Positions 25,116 through 33,844 of a stretch of 34,874 bases of DNA are shown piece after piece. Position 1 is the stretch's first letter. Each line of letters begins with the position of its first letter. The translations under genes and the position numbers were made by a program. The notes under the pieces were generated by a model. It was given only the letters and a program-made list of their open reading frames with translations, ran no database searches and was not told where the DNA came from. Origin of the DNA: Actinomycetota bacterium (GTDB lineage Bacteria; Actinomycetota; Acidimicrobiia; Acidimicrobiales; JACCXE01); contig JBEHXL010000025.1 of NCBI GenBank assembly GCA_048498715.1, positions 1-34,874 of the forward strand, written 5' to 3'.

Positions 25116-26468
25116 GTGCTCCGCTTACACGACACTGCAAAAGGCGAGGTCGTCCCGTTTGAACCACGGGACCCGGGTCGGGTGTCGATGTATGTCTGTG
25201 GGCCGACCGTCTACGACGTGCCCCACCTCGGTCACGGACGCTTCTCGCTGGTGTTCGACATCCTCCGTCGCTACCTGCTCTTCCGAGGCCTCGACGTCAC
25301 CTACGTCAGCAACGTCACCGACATCGACGACAACATCATCAACCGAGCCGCCCGAGAGGGAGTGCCCTGGCAGGAGATCGTCGACACGTACGAAGCCAAG
25401 TGGTGGGAGGCGATGGACGGACTCGGTGTCATGCGCCCCACGCACGACCCGCACGCAACGGCCTACGTCGACGAGATGGTGCAGCTGATCAAGGAGCTCT
25501 TCGACAAGGGCCTCGCGTACGTCATCGAAGGCGACGGCGTGTACCTGCGCGCCGAGCAGGTCGAGGGCTACGGCCTGCTCGCCGGCCAACCGCTCGACTC
25601 GCTCAAGTCCGGGGCGCGCATCGAGAACGACAAGAAGGATTCGCCCGTCGACTTCGCGCTCTGGAAGCTGGTGAAGCCGGGCGAGCCGTCATGGGATTCG
25701 CCCTGGGGTGCGGGCCGGCCGGGTTGGCACACCGAATGTGTCGTGATGAGCCTCGACCTGCTCGGCGAGGGTTTTGACCTGCACGGCGGTGGCCGCGACC
25801 TGGCGTTCCCGCATCACGAGAACGAGCGGGCGCAGTCCGTCGCTCTGGGGAAGCCCTTCGCGCGGCACTGGATGCACAACGGATGGGTCGAGGTCGAGGG
25901 CGTGAAGATGAGCAAGTCGCTCAACAACTTCACGTCGCTCACCGACCTACTCGAGCAGACGGGCGACGGGCGCACCTACCGATTGCTCGTGCTGCGGGCG
26001 CACTACCGGTCGCCCACGGAAGTCACGACCGAAACGATTCGCGATGCGGCCGCGTCCCTCGAGCGCCTCGACGCCTTCGCGCGCCGCTTTGCCGAGGCGG
26101 CGACCATGCAGCCGGATCAGTCCGAAGTCGACAAGTTCATTGCGTCGATGGACAACGACATGGACACCCCGGCCGTCATCGCGCAGGCCTTCGACCTCGT
26201 CCGCGCCGCGAACACTGCGGCCGACAGCGGTGACATGGCGGCTGCCCACGCGGCTGCGGCGGCAGTGTTCGTCGTCACGAACGCACTCGGGCTCACGCTC
26301 GACACCACGGTTGACGACGTCGACGAGCCGACCGCGGCGCTCATCGCCGCGCGTAATCTCGCCCGCGCGGAGAAGAACTGGGCGGAGGCGGATCGGTTGC
26401 GAGACGAGCTGCAAGCCATGGGTTGGACGGTCGAAGACGGTGCTGAGGGCACGACGGTCCATCGGTAG
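25116..26468 (+). CDS. cysS: Cysteine--tRNA ligase
   Basis: GTG start giving MLRLHDTAKGEVVPFEP...MYVCGPTVYDVPHLGHGR (HIGH), KMSKSLNN, and Zn-ligand Cys in YVCGPT. 450 aa. MshC paralog not excluded. Confidence 0.8.
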   Translation: MLRLHDTAKGEVVPFEPRDPGRVSMYVCGPTVYDVPHLGHGRFSLVFDILRRYLLFRGLDVTYVSNVTDIDDNIINRAAREGVPWQEIVDTYEAKWWEAMDGLGVMRPTHDPHATAYVDEMVQLIKELFDKGLAYVIEGDGVYLRAEQVEGYGLLAGQPLDSLKSGARIENDKKDSPVDFALWKLVKPGEPSWDSPWGAGRPGWHTECVVMSLDLLGEGFDLHGGGRDLAFPHHENERAQSVALGKPFARHWMHNGWVEVEGVKMSKSLNNFTSLTDLLEQTGDGRTYRLLVLRAHYRSPTEVTTETIRDAAASLERLDAFARRFAEAATMQPDQSEVDKFIASMDNDMDTPAVIAQAFDLVRAANTAADSGDMAAAHAAAAAVFVVTNALGLTLDTTVDDVDEPTAALIAARNLARAEKNWAEADRLRDELQAMGWTVEDGAEGTTVHR

Positions 26469-26577
26469 TTCATACCGATGCAACGCGATCAAATGCGTTG
26501 ACATACAACTTGCGACTAGCGTTCGCGCAGGTCGTTTCTGGCCTGCTTCATATCCGTAGTTGTAAAGGGGAAAGCCC

Positions 26578-26781
26578 GTGCCCACCGGCACCGTCAAATG
26601 GTTCAACAGCGAGAAGGGCTACGGGTTCATCACCCAGTCCGATGGCTCGCCTGACGTCTTCGTTCACTTCAGCGCCATCCAGATGGACGGCTACCGCAAT
26701 CTGACCGAGGGCCAGGCTGTGGAGTTCGACGTTCAGCAGGGCGACAAGGGACTGCAAGCGGCCAACGTCCGACCGGCTTAA
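26578..26781 (+). CDS. Cold-shock protein (CspA family)
   Basis: [20 protein letters not shown]...VFVHFSAI (RNP1/RNP2 motifs). GTG start with AAAGGGGAAAG SD. 109-nt leader upstream containing TTGACA at 26498-26503. Confidence 0.9.
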   Translation: MPTGTVKWFNSEKGYGFITQSDGSPDVFVHFSAIQMDGYRNLTEGQAVEFDVQQGDKGLQAANVRPA

Positions 26782-26785
26782 TCAG

Positions 26786-27238
26786 CTAGCTGTCTGAAAG
26801 AAGCGGCTGTTCCTCTTCGGAGGGGCGGCCGCTTCTTTGCGTTACCGCTCCGGTCACCGCGTTCACGATGGTGTTCACCGGACAGCCGTCGACGCTGAGC
26901 ACGGTGAGCTTCACCGGCGGCCCGCACGACGGTGCTTCGACAGTCGCAGCCGGCGCGTCGACGGGCGCGGCATCGGGTTCGACCGAAGGGGACACGTAGA
27001 TGGACACCGGAGGCTGGGTGTCCTCAGGGGAGGGAGCCGGTCGCGCCCGATGGTCGTCGCCCGTCGACGCACTGGTGGTCGTGGGGCGGCTCGTCGCAGA
27101 GGAGGCTGCCGACGAGGTCGAGGTCTCGCCGGTGTCAGCGAGATGTGACGGGTCCGCGCCGCTGCGCAGCCCGAGAGAGAGACATCCCGTCACCGCCAGC
27201 AGTGCGGCGGCCGTTCCGACCAGTCCTCTCCGTCCCAC
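26786..27238 (-). CDS. Small secreted (lipo)protein, paralog A, with C-terminal two-Cys motif
   Basis: GTG 27238 gives VGRRGLVGTAAALLAVTGC (signal plus lipobox-like LAVTGC). Ser/Thr/Pro-rich linker. C-terminal SCGPPVKLTVLSVDGCPVNTIVNAV is shared with the upstream paralog. The track start 27328 falls inside hairpin H2, so a downstream start was preferred. Confidence 0.4.
   Translation of the reverse strand: MGRRGLVGTAAALLAVTGCLSLGLRSGADPSHLADTGETSTSSAASSATSRPTTTSASTGDDHRARPAPSPEDTQPPVSIYVSPSVEPDAAPVDAPAATVEAPSCGPPVKLTVLSVDGCPVNTIVNAVTGAVTQRSGRPSEEEQPLLSDS
26798..26839. terminator. Hairpin terminator between csp (+) and the downstream minus-strand gene
   Basis: 11-bp perfect stem AAAGAAGCGGC / GCCGCTTCTTT enclosing an inner CCTC-TTCG-GAGG mini-hairpin. 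Lies inside the last codons of the minus-strand ORF 26786-27238. Confidence 0.55.
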
Positions 27239-27314
27239 ACGAGCAACGTACGGATACGACCCATTGTCCGAATAGGGCCAAAAGGCATTCGCTGTCCGGA
27301 CCGAAGTCCGCGCG

Positions 27315-27348
27315 GGTCGGCTTCGCAACCAGAGGTTGCGAACCGATC
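27315..27348 (+). repeat. Hairpin element H2 (TCGGCTTCGCAACC-AGA-GGTTGCGAACCGAT), near-identical to the tRNA-Ala terminator hairpin
   Basis: ~15-bp stem with one bulge. 27 of 31 positions identical to 11519-11549. Abuts the TGA stop of the minus-strand gene ending at 27347. No flanking T-tract. Confidence 0.5.
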
Positions 27349-27892
27349 AGTTGCCGAGGAGGCTGCCGCCGAGTTGCAGGACGACGGCGCCGTCGCTCTG
27401 CGGGGTGGGGCAGCTACCGAGCGCGATGACGGTGAGATTCACGCTGGTGCAGCTTCCGTCGCCCAGACCGACCTGGGCGTTCACGCCGAGCGCGGGGACA
27501 CCGACCCCGGTCTGCAGCAGCGGCACGGGTGTTGCGGGCGTCGGTGTCGGCGCCGGGGTGCCCGAGTTCGGCGGCGTCGTCGTCACGACCGGCGGAGCGA
27601 CCGGGCCGATGAAGGCGCGGGTCGGCGTCGTCGTATTGGTCGTGCCGCTGCCGATGGCCGACTCGATGGTCTCGCCATTCACCACAGCGTTCGGCGCCGT
27701 GACGGTCGTGCGGGCCTGCACGCGCGGCTGCGTCTGGGAGCGGGTTACGGGGTTCGCAGCGTCGGCGAGGTGGAGACCAAGTCCGATCGCATCGATCGCG
27801 AGCAGTGCCACGACGGCACCCGCCAGCGGCCGGCGGACGCGGGTCTTCCAGTCGATGGAGGCGGGAGCGAGGGGGGAAGCGATCGTTGCCAC
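27347..27892 (-). CDS. Small secreted/membrane-anchored protein, paralog B, with Thr/Pro-rich linker and C-terminal two-Cys motif
   Basis: This is the 3' portion of the track's 855-aa minus ORF, the rest of which is antisense to the ACAD gene and rejected. TM/signal RRPLAGAVVALLAIDAIGLGL. Linker TTTPPNSGTPAPTPTPATP. C-terminal SCTSVNLTVIALGSCPTPQSDGAVV matches paralog A. Start is a guess (GTG 27892 or 27954). Confidence 0.35.
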   Translation of the reverse strand: MATIASPLAPASIDWKTRVRRPLAGAVVALLAIDAIGLGLHLADAANPVTRSQTQPRVQARTTVTAPNAVVNGETIESAIGSGTTNTTTPTRAFIGPVAPPVVTTTPPNSGTPAPTPTPATPVPLLQTGVGVPALGVNAQVGLGDGSCTSVNLTVIALGSCPTPQSDGAVVLQLGGSLLGN

Positions 27893-28009
27893 TACGCCAA
27901 AGGGTACCCGTCGATCGGCGGTTTCTTCGAGCGGGAGAGCTATGTTACCGTTCGGTAACCACACTTTTTGCGCCCACTTTGTCCGGCGCGTCCCATTGCG
28001 AGGTATTGC

Positions 28010-29227
28010 ATGTCCGAGTTTTCGCTCGCCCTCAACGAGGATCAGATCCAGATCCAGAAGTGGGTCCACGACTTCGCCGAGAACGTCGTACGTCCCGCCG
28101 GCCACGAGTGGGACGAGCGGGAAGAGACCCCGTGGCCCATCATCGAAGAAGCCGCCAAGATCGGTCTCTACTCCTTCGACTTCTTCGCCAACGCCATGAT
28201 GGGTGACAACACCGGGCTCACCCTCCCGATCGCCCTCGAAGAATTGTTCTGGGGCGACGCCGGCATTGGCCTGTCGATCTTCGGCTCGGGCCTCGCCGCG
28301 GCGGGCATCTCGAGCAGCGGCACGATGGAGCAGACCATCGAGTTCGTCCCGCAATGTTTCGGCACCGCTGACGACATCAAGCTCGGCGCGTACTGCGTCT
28401 CCGAGCCCGACGCCGGCTCGGACGTGTCGTCGCTCAAGACGCGTGCGGTCTACGACGAGGCGAACGACGAGTGGGTGCTCAACGGCACCAAGGCGTGGAT
28501 CACCAACGGCGGCATCGCGGCGACCCACGTCGTCGTCGCCGCGGTCGAGCCCGGCCTCGGTTCGCGTGGTCAAGCCAGCTTCGTCGTGCCCGAGGGCACC
28601 AAGGGCGTCTCGCAGGGCACGAAGTACAAGAAGCACGGCATCCGCGCGTCGCACACATCCGAGGTCATCCTCGACGACTGCCGCATTCCGGGTCGCATGC
28701 TGCTCGGTGGCAAAGAGAAGCTCGACGAGAAGATCGCCCGCGCCAAGGAAAACGTGAAGACCGGCGCGGTGCAGCCCGCGATGGCGACCTTCGAAGCAAC
28801 TCGCCCGTCCGTCGGTGCGATGGCGATCGGCATCGCTCGCGCCGCCTACGAGTACTCGTTGCAGTACGCCAAGGAGCGCGTCGCGTTCGGCAAGCCGATC
28901 ATTCAGAACCAGGGCATTGCGTTCATCCTCGCCGACATGGCGATGGAGATCGATGCCGCCCGTCTGCTCGTGCACCGCGCCGCATGGCTGGCCCGCAACG
29001 GTGGTTACAAGAACGCTGAGGGCTCGATGTCCAAGCTCAAGGCCGGCCGCGTCGCGGTGTGGTCGACCGAGCGGGCCATCCAGATCCTCGGTGGCTACGG
29101 CTACACCCGTGAGTACCCCGTCGAGCGCTGGCACCGCGACGCCAAGATCTTCGACATCTTCGAAGGCGCCGAGCAGATCCAGCAGCTGGTGATCAGCCGC
29201 GCGATCTCCGGTCTGCGCATCGAATAG
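28010..29227 (+). CDS. Acyl-CoA dehydrogenase
   Basis: ATG with GAGG SD 7 nt upstream. ACAD N-, middle- and C-domain similarity throughout (e.g. YCVSEPDAGSDVSSLKTRA, GGYGYTREYPVERWHRDAKIFDIFEG). Confidence 0.85.
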   Translation: MSEFSLALNEDQIQIQKWVHDFAENVVRPAGHEWDEREETPWPIIEEAAKIGLYSFDFFANAMMGDNTGLTLPIALEELFWGDAGIGLSIFGSGLAAAGISSSGTMEQTIEFVPQCFGTADDIKLGAYCVSEPDAGSDVSSLKTRAVYDEANDEWVLNGTKAWITNGGIAATHVVVAAVEPGLGSRGQASFVVPEGTKGVSQGTKYKKHGIRASHTSEVILDDCRIPGRMLLGGKEKLDEKIARAKENVKTGAVQPAMATFEATRPSVGAMAIGIARAAYEYSLQYAKERVAFGKPIIQNQGIAFILADMAMEIDAARLLVHRAAWLARNGGYKNAEGSMSKLKAGRVAVWSTERAIQILGGYGYTREYPVERWHRDAKIFDIFEGAEQIQQLVISRAISGLRIE

Positions 29228-29250
29228 TCGAACAACAGACCCCCCAAGCT

Positions 29251-29306
29251 GAACTGGGTCCGGCTCCGTCCCGTACGGGACGCGAGCTGGACCCAGTTCG
29301 CGTTTT
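29251..29306 (+). terminator. Compound hairpin terminator after ACAD gene
   Basis: Outer 11-bp perfect stem GAACTGGGTCC...GGACCCAGTTC. Inner palindrome CGTCCCGTACGGGACG. Followed by GCGTTTTG. Confidence 0.6.
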
Positions 29307-29341
29307 GCACCAAAGCGCGCGCAGGCGTACGTTCGAATCAG

Positions 29342-30028
29342 TTGAGTGACGAAGACGCGATAACGGAACTCGCTCGCCTCATTCGAGGCGAGGTGGAGCG
29401 CATTGCGGCGGACCCAACGACCCACGCCGACTTGTTGCACGAGGTCTTCGAGCGTGCTGACCGCGACGAGCGAGCCCGGCTCGCGCAGCGCGTGTTCGAC
29501 GCACTTGATCCCGAACGCCAGTGGCACCTCCTCGACGAGCTGTTCGGTCCCGAAGAGTTGCGCGAGTACTTGCGCGACCGACGCGCCGCGCACCACGGCA
29601 TCGTGAGCCGAGCGCGGGCTACGTCGCGGCTCGACACGCGTGACCTCGCCGAAGGCGAGGTGCTCGAACTCGGCTTGTACCGAGAGGACGACGTGCGTGC
29701 GGCACTGACGCGAGGCCACCGCTCGACGTCCGGCGCGCGTCGCATCGTGTTGCGGGCGCTGGGCGCGGGTCGGTTTCAGGTCCTCGCTGATTCCTTCAAC
29801 CCCGACGGCGGTTACTTCGTCACGCGCGACTACGACGAAGAGACGTGGCGCGAAGAGAAGCTCGACAGTCACGAGGTCGTCGGCGTCGGCTCGATTTCCA
29901 ACGAGAAATTCCAACCCGTCCTACATCCCGGAGCCCGGGTTGACATCGAGAGAACGGAGGGCAGCGTCCGGGGCATGCTTTTCCTCGGCTTCGCTATGTT
30001 GAGCGGCGCTGGGGTTTTCGCTCCTTGA
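29342..30028 (+). CDS. Hypothetical acidic protein with hydrophobic C-terminal tail, translationally coupled to downstream SPFH gene
   Basis: TTG start. High-GC3 frame. Charged, helical-looking body (ELARLIRGEVERIAADP...). C-terminus GMLFLGFAMLSGAGVFAP. Its TGA stop lies within the SD (GAGAGGAGAG) of the next gene. Confidence 0.45.
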   Translation: MSDEDAITELARLIRGEVERIAADPTTHADLLHEVFERADRDERARLAQRVFDALDPERQWHLLDELFGPEELREYLRDRRAAHHGIVSRARATSRLDTRDLAEGEVLELGLYREDDVRAALTRGHRSTSGARRIVLRALGAGRFQVLADSFNPDGGYFVTRDYDEETWREEKLDSHEVVGVGSISNEKFQPVLHPGARVDIERTEGSVRGMLFLGFAMLSGAGVFAP

Positions 30029-30041
30029 GAGGAGAGCAACA

Positions 30042-32306
30042 TTGAGTGTTGTCATCGGGGCGGTGGTCGTGATCGTCCTTCTCGTTCTGATTGCTTCTGC
30101 GAGTTTCCGATCGATCGGTCCGTCCGAAGTCGGCCTCGTCACCAAGCGCATCGGACGCAAGCTCGCCGCCGATCAGATCGTCGCCCTGAACGGCGAAGCC
30201 GGCTACCAGGCCGACTTGCTGATGCCGGGCCTGCGGTTCAAGCTCTGGCCCGTCTACGGCGTGCAGCGCCACGACTGGGTGCAGGTGCCGCCGGATCACA
30301 TCGGCCTCGTGCTCGCCCAAGTCGGCGAGCCGCTCCCGACTGGTGCGAAGTCGGGCATCTACAAGAAGTCGTTCGGCAACTTCGCCGACATCCGTGCCTT
30401 CCTGAATGAAGGCGGCCAGCGGGGCGTTCAACGCCCGGTGCTGCCTCCGGGCACGACGGCGCCGATTCACCCGGTCGGCTTCATCGTGGTCACCAGTGAC
30501 CAGGTGTACGGCAAGATCGTTTCCGAGTCCGCAGCGAAGGCCATCGAGGCTGTCGACCCAGCGCTCCTGCAGGTCGTGCGCATCACCCCGCAGGGCGACA
30601 AGGACATCGTCGGCGTCGTCACCACGCTCGAAGGGCCACCGTCCTCCGGGATCGCAAGCCGCATCGGCGGCTTCGACGACGTGTCTGCGATGGAGAAGAC
30701 GGCGAAGGGCACCGCGACCGGCGTCATCCAGGCGGTGCTGCGTTCGAAGAACGATCTGCACGACAACTACCAGGACTACCAAGCGTTTCTCGACGGCGGT
30801 GGCGCGATCGGTCTGCAGCACGACCCCTTGCTCTACGGCTCGTACCTGTTGAATCCGTTGCTCGTGCAGGTCGAACTGCGTGAGATGCTCGTGGTCCGTC
30901 AGGGCGAGGTTGCCGTGATGAAGTCCTACGTCGGCCTGCCGACCGAGGACACGTCGGGCGACGAGTTCAAGTTCGGCTCGATCGTGGCGCCCGGGCACCA
31001 GGGCATCTGGTCCGAGCCGCTGCGCACCGGTAAGTACACCTTGAACCCGCGCATCTACGAAGCCGAGATCGTGCCGACGTCGATCCTCACGCTCAACTGG
31101 TCCGACGCGACCAGCGAGGCCCACAGCCTCGACGTGCGTCTCGATCGCATCGACGCGAAGTCGAAGGAAGCCTTCACCTTCAGCATCGACCTACAGGTGC
31201 AGATCCACGTGCCCGACACGCGTGCGCCGAAGGTCATCAGCATGGTCGGCACCATGCAGAACCTCGTCAACGAGGTGCTGCACTCGGCGGTGGGCAACTA
31301 CTTCCGCAACAAGCTGCAGACGCTGGGCGCCACCGAGTTCATCGAGAAGCGTGACGAGGTGCAGAGCGCGGCGGAGGGCTACATCCGTCAGTACCTGGCT
31401 CGCTACGAGGTCGAGACGCGCGGCGTGTACATCCAGGACGTCGCGTTCCCGGCGGACCTCGTGGAAGTGCTGACGAGCCGCGAAATCGCGGCGCAGGAGA
31501 AGGCGACCTTTGCGCAGCAACAGGTGGCGCAGGAAGCCCGCGTCAGCCTCGAACAGCAGCGTGGTGTCGCCGACATGCAGAGCCGCTTGGCCCAGGCGAA
31601 CGTGTCGATCGACATCGAGCGCGCGAACGCCCAGGCCGCCCGCGCTCGCGCGCAGGGTGAAGCGGACGTCATCACGACGACCGGCAAGGCGGAGGCCACG
31701 CGCAAGCAGGCGATCGGTCAGGCCGAGGCCGTGGCCGAACAGGCCCTGGGTCTCGCTCGCGCCAAGGGCTTCGCCGCGCAGCGTCGCGCGATTGGCTCGG
31801 CGGAAACGGCAATGGTCGCCGCGCTACGCGAAGTCAGCGCCGGTGGCGTGAAGATCGTCCCGGACATCCAGGTCGGCGACGAGGGCGGCGGCGTCATCGG
31901 CGGCCTCGGTGCGCTGTTGATGCGCAGCCTGGCCAACGGCAACGGGAAGGCGCTGCCCAGCGGCGGGGGCGACGCCGAGGACGAGTACGTCGAGGACGCC
32001 GACGACGGCTTCGAGACGATCGAACCGCTCGAGGAGCCGGTGGTGGAAGCCCCCGCTGAAGCGCCGCCGACGAATTACGGCTTCACGCCGTTGCCCGTCG
32101 TCGATGCCCTCGAGCCGGTGACGCCGGTCGCGACTCCCCAGCCGGAACCCGCGGTTGCGGAGGAAGCGACGACCACCGAGTACTGGTCGCGCGATGAGCT
32201 GACTCAACTCACGGTTGCTCAACTCAAGGACATCGCCGACGAAGCCGGGGTCGACACGACCGGGTTGAAGAAGGCCGAGATCGTCGACGCGATCCTCGGT
32301 GAGTAG
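30042..32306 (+). CDS. SPFH/band-7 flotillin-like membrane protein (YqiK/FloT-like) with long coiled-coil region, acidic linker and C-terminal Rho-N/HeH-like motif
   Basis: TTG start 5 nt after the AGGAGAG SD. N-terminal TM VIGAVVVIVLLVLIASASF. SPFH domain. Ala/Gln/Glu/Arg-rich coiled coil (AQQQVAQEARVSLEQQRGVADMQSRLAQAN...AEATRKQAIGQAEAVAEQALGLARAKG). Acidic stretch EDEYVEDADDGFETIEPLEEPVVEAPAEAPP. Final LTQLTVAQLKDIADEAGVDTTGLKKAEIVDAILGE matches the Rho N-terminal/HeH helix-extended-loop-helix pattern. Confidence 0.8.
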   Translation: MSVVIGAVVVIVLLVLIASASFRSIGPSEVGLVTKRIGRKLAADQIVALNGEAGYQADLLMPGLRFKLWPVYGVQRHDWVQVPPDHIGLVLAQVGEPLPTGAKSGIYKKSFGNFADIRAFLNEGGQRGVQRPVLPPGTTAPIHPVGFIVVTSDQVYGKIVSESAAKAIEAVDPALLQVVRITPQGDKDIVGVVTTLEGPPSSGIASRIGGFDDVSAMEKTAKGTATGVIQAVLRSKNDLHDNYQDYQAFLDGGGAIGLQHDPLLYGSYLLNPLLVQVELREMLVVRQGEVAVMKSYVGLPTEDTSGDEFKFGSIVAPGHQGIWSEPLRTGKYTLNPRIYEAEIVPTSILTLNWSDATSEAHSLDVRLDRIDAKSKEAFTFSIDLQVQIHVPDTRAPKVISMVGTMQNLVNEVLHSAVGNYFRNKLQTLGATEFIEKRDEVQSAAEGYIRQYLARYEVETRGVYIQDVAFPADLVEVLTSREIAAQEKATFAQQQVAQEARVSLEQQRGVADMQSRLAQANVSIDIERANAQAARARAQGEADVITTTGKAEATRKQAIGQAEAVAEQALGLARAKGFAAQRRAIGSAETAMVAALREVSAGGVKIVPDIQVGDEGGGVIGGLGALLMRSLANGNGKALPSGGGDAEDEYVEDADDGFETIEPLEEPVVEAPAEAPPTNYGFTPLPVVDALEPVTPVATPQPEPAVAEEATTTEYWSRDELTQLTVAQLKDIADEAGVDTTGLKKAEIVDAILGE

Positions 32307-32309
32307 CCG

Positions 32310-33065
32310 CTAAGGGGTGAGCCGCTGCGCGGTCTTGCGGGTCGCGATGCGGATGCCGATGGCACCCATCAACGCCAAGTAGGCGGCATGTGCAAAGGAC
32401 GTCGCGCTGAGGTGGCCGAAGTTCAGGTCACGCATCAGCGCGACGCCTTGGTACAGCGGCGTACACCGCACGACCGTCGCCAGCCACGTGGGGTAACGGC
32501 TCAACTCGAAGAACACGCCGGAAAACAGGAACAGCGGCACGAGCGCGGCGTTGACGAAGTCGAAGTCGAAGTACGAGCGGAAGAACGACGCGCCGGCCGC
32601 GCCGGCGCCGGCGAAGGCCCAACACACGAGTGCGGCCGCGGGTACCAACAAGACCGCTGACCACGAGTGGGTCAAGCCCATGGCGAGCATCGTCACGAAG
32701 AAGAACGTCGCATAGATCACGCCGCGCGCGATCGCCCACGCCACTTCGCCCTGTACGACGTTGCTCGGCGCCAGCGGTGTCGCCAGCATGCTGTCGAACA
32801 CCTTCCAGTACTTGAGCTTGATGAAGAACATGATCGTGGTGTCGAACATCGCCCCGTTCATCGCGGCCATGGCCATGAGGCCGGGCGCGACGAAGTCGCG
32901 ATAGCTCACGAGCTCGTTGCCGACGTGCAGCTTGCCAACCAGATCACCGACGCCGATGCCGATGGAGAACAGGAAGAAGATCGGCTCGAAGATGCCGGCC
33001 GCGTAGATCAAGAGGTTGCGCCGCGCGACGAGGAAGTTGCGTTCGAGGACGCGGGCGGCGGTCAC
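32310..33065 (-). CDS. ABC-2 type transporter permease (second permease of exporter operon)
   Basis: GTG at 33065 (VTAARVLERNFLVARRNLLIYAAG...) overlaps the stop of the upstream permease (GTGA). 6 TM helices. The ORF-track 371-aa version has an implausible Arg/Pro-rich N-terminal extension. Confidence 0.75.
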   Translation of the reverse strand: MTAARVLERNFLVARRNLLIYAAGIFEPIFFLFSIGIGVGDLVGKLHVGNELVSYRDFVAPGLMAMAAMNGAMFDTTIMFFIKLKYWKVFDSMLATPLAPSNVVQGEVAWAIARGVIYATFFFVTMLAMGLTHSWSAVLLVPAAALVCWAFAGAGAAGASFFRSYFDFDFVNAALVPLFLFSGVFFELSRYPTWLATVVRCTPLYQGVALMRDLNFGHLSATSFAHAAYLALMGAIGIRIATRKTAQRLTP

Positions 33066-33844
33066 GGCGTGAGCCTCGTGCGGAAGTTCCGGCGCGCGAT
33101 CAGTATGCCGACACCCAGCAGCCCCAGAAGGACGCCAAGGTGAGCCGCAAGCGCGGCGAGGCCCGGGCTCTGGCCGGTGGTGGCTGCCCGGATGAGTTCG
33201 ACGCCGTGGTACAGCGGCGAGAACGGCACGAGCGCGCGGCCCCACCCGGGCAGGCTCGATGCGGGGAAGAACGTCCCGGAAAACAGCATCAGTGGGGTAA
33301 CGCCCACACGCATGATGACGCCGAAAGACCGATCGGAATCGGTGAACGTCGACCACGCCGACACCGGCGCGGCGACGGCGATGACCAGCAACATCGAGAA
33401 CAACGGCGTCACCAGCGCCCACCATGACGCGAGCGCGCCCAACGGCGCGGCGACGATGAGAAATGCGACGGTGCTCGCCAGCGCTCGCAGCGCTTCGTAC
33501 GCGAGGTGACCGCCGAACACGTCAGTCGTGTCGAGCGGCGTGGCGATCATCGCGTGGTAGCGCTTGTCCCACTTGGTGCCACCCATGACCCACCACAGCG
33601 AGTCGCCGATGGCGAGCATCAGGATGTTCGAGGCGATGAGCCCCGGCGCGACGAACTGCAGGTAGGAGATGCCGCCGAGCGCGTGCGGTGACCGTTCGTC
33701 GACGTAGCCGCCGACGCCGACGCCCATCGCCACGAGGAACAGCAGGGGGGCGACGAACGCGCTGAAGAAGATCGCGTGCCACATCTTGCGAACGATGTGC
33801 ACCTCACGCTCGACGATGCGTCCGACGCGGGCAATGGCGGTCAT
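33062..33844 (-). CDS. ABC-2 type transporter permease (first permease)
   Basis: MTAIARVGRIVEREVHIVRKMWHAIFFSAFVAPLLFLVAMG... ABC-2 family layout. ATG overlaps the ATPase stop (ATGA). Confidence 0.8.
   Translation of the reverse strand: MTAIARVGRIVEREVHIVRKMWHAIFFSAFVAPLLFLVAMGVGVGGYVDERSPHALGGISYLQFVAPGLIASNILMLAIGDSLWWVMGGTKWDKRYHAMIATPLDTTDVFGGHLAYEALRALASTVAFLIVAAPLGALASWWALVTPLFSMLLVIAVAAPVSAWSTFTDSDRSFGVIMRVGVTPLMLFSGTFFPASSLPGWGRALVPFSPLYHGVELIRAATTGQSPGLAALAAHLGVLLGLLGVGILIARRNFRTRLTP

Noticed and set aside
26498-26560. Sigma-70-type promoter for the cold-shock gene
   Set aside because: TTGACA is present at 26498-26503, but no TANNNT -10 element lies at 16-19 bp spacing. TAGCGT is only 13 bp away. 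Left as an unassigned leader.
27893-29914. Upstream ~670 aa of the 855-aa minus-strand ORF 27347-29914
   Set aside because: It overlaps the acyl-CoA dehydrogenase gene (strong family motifs on the plus strand) and the next gene in antisense. Only the 3' ~546 nt, with TM segment and shared Cys motif, was kept as a candidate gene.
33066-33425. N-terminal 120-codon extension of the ABC-2 permease ORF
   Set aside because: Arg/Pro/His-rich and overlapping the upstream permease. GTG 33065 gives a GTGA coupling overlap and an N-terminus analogous to the first permease.
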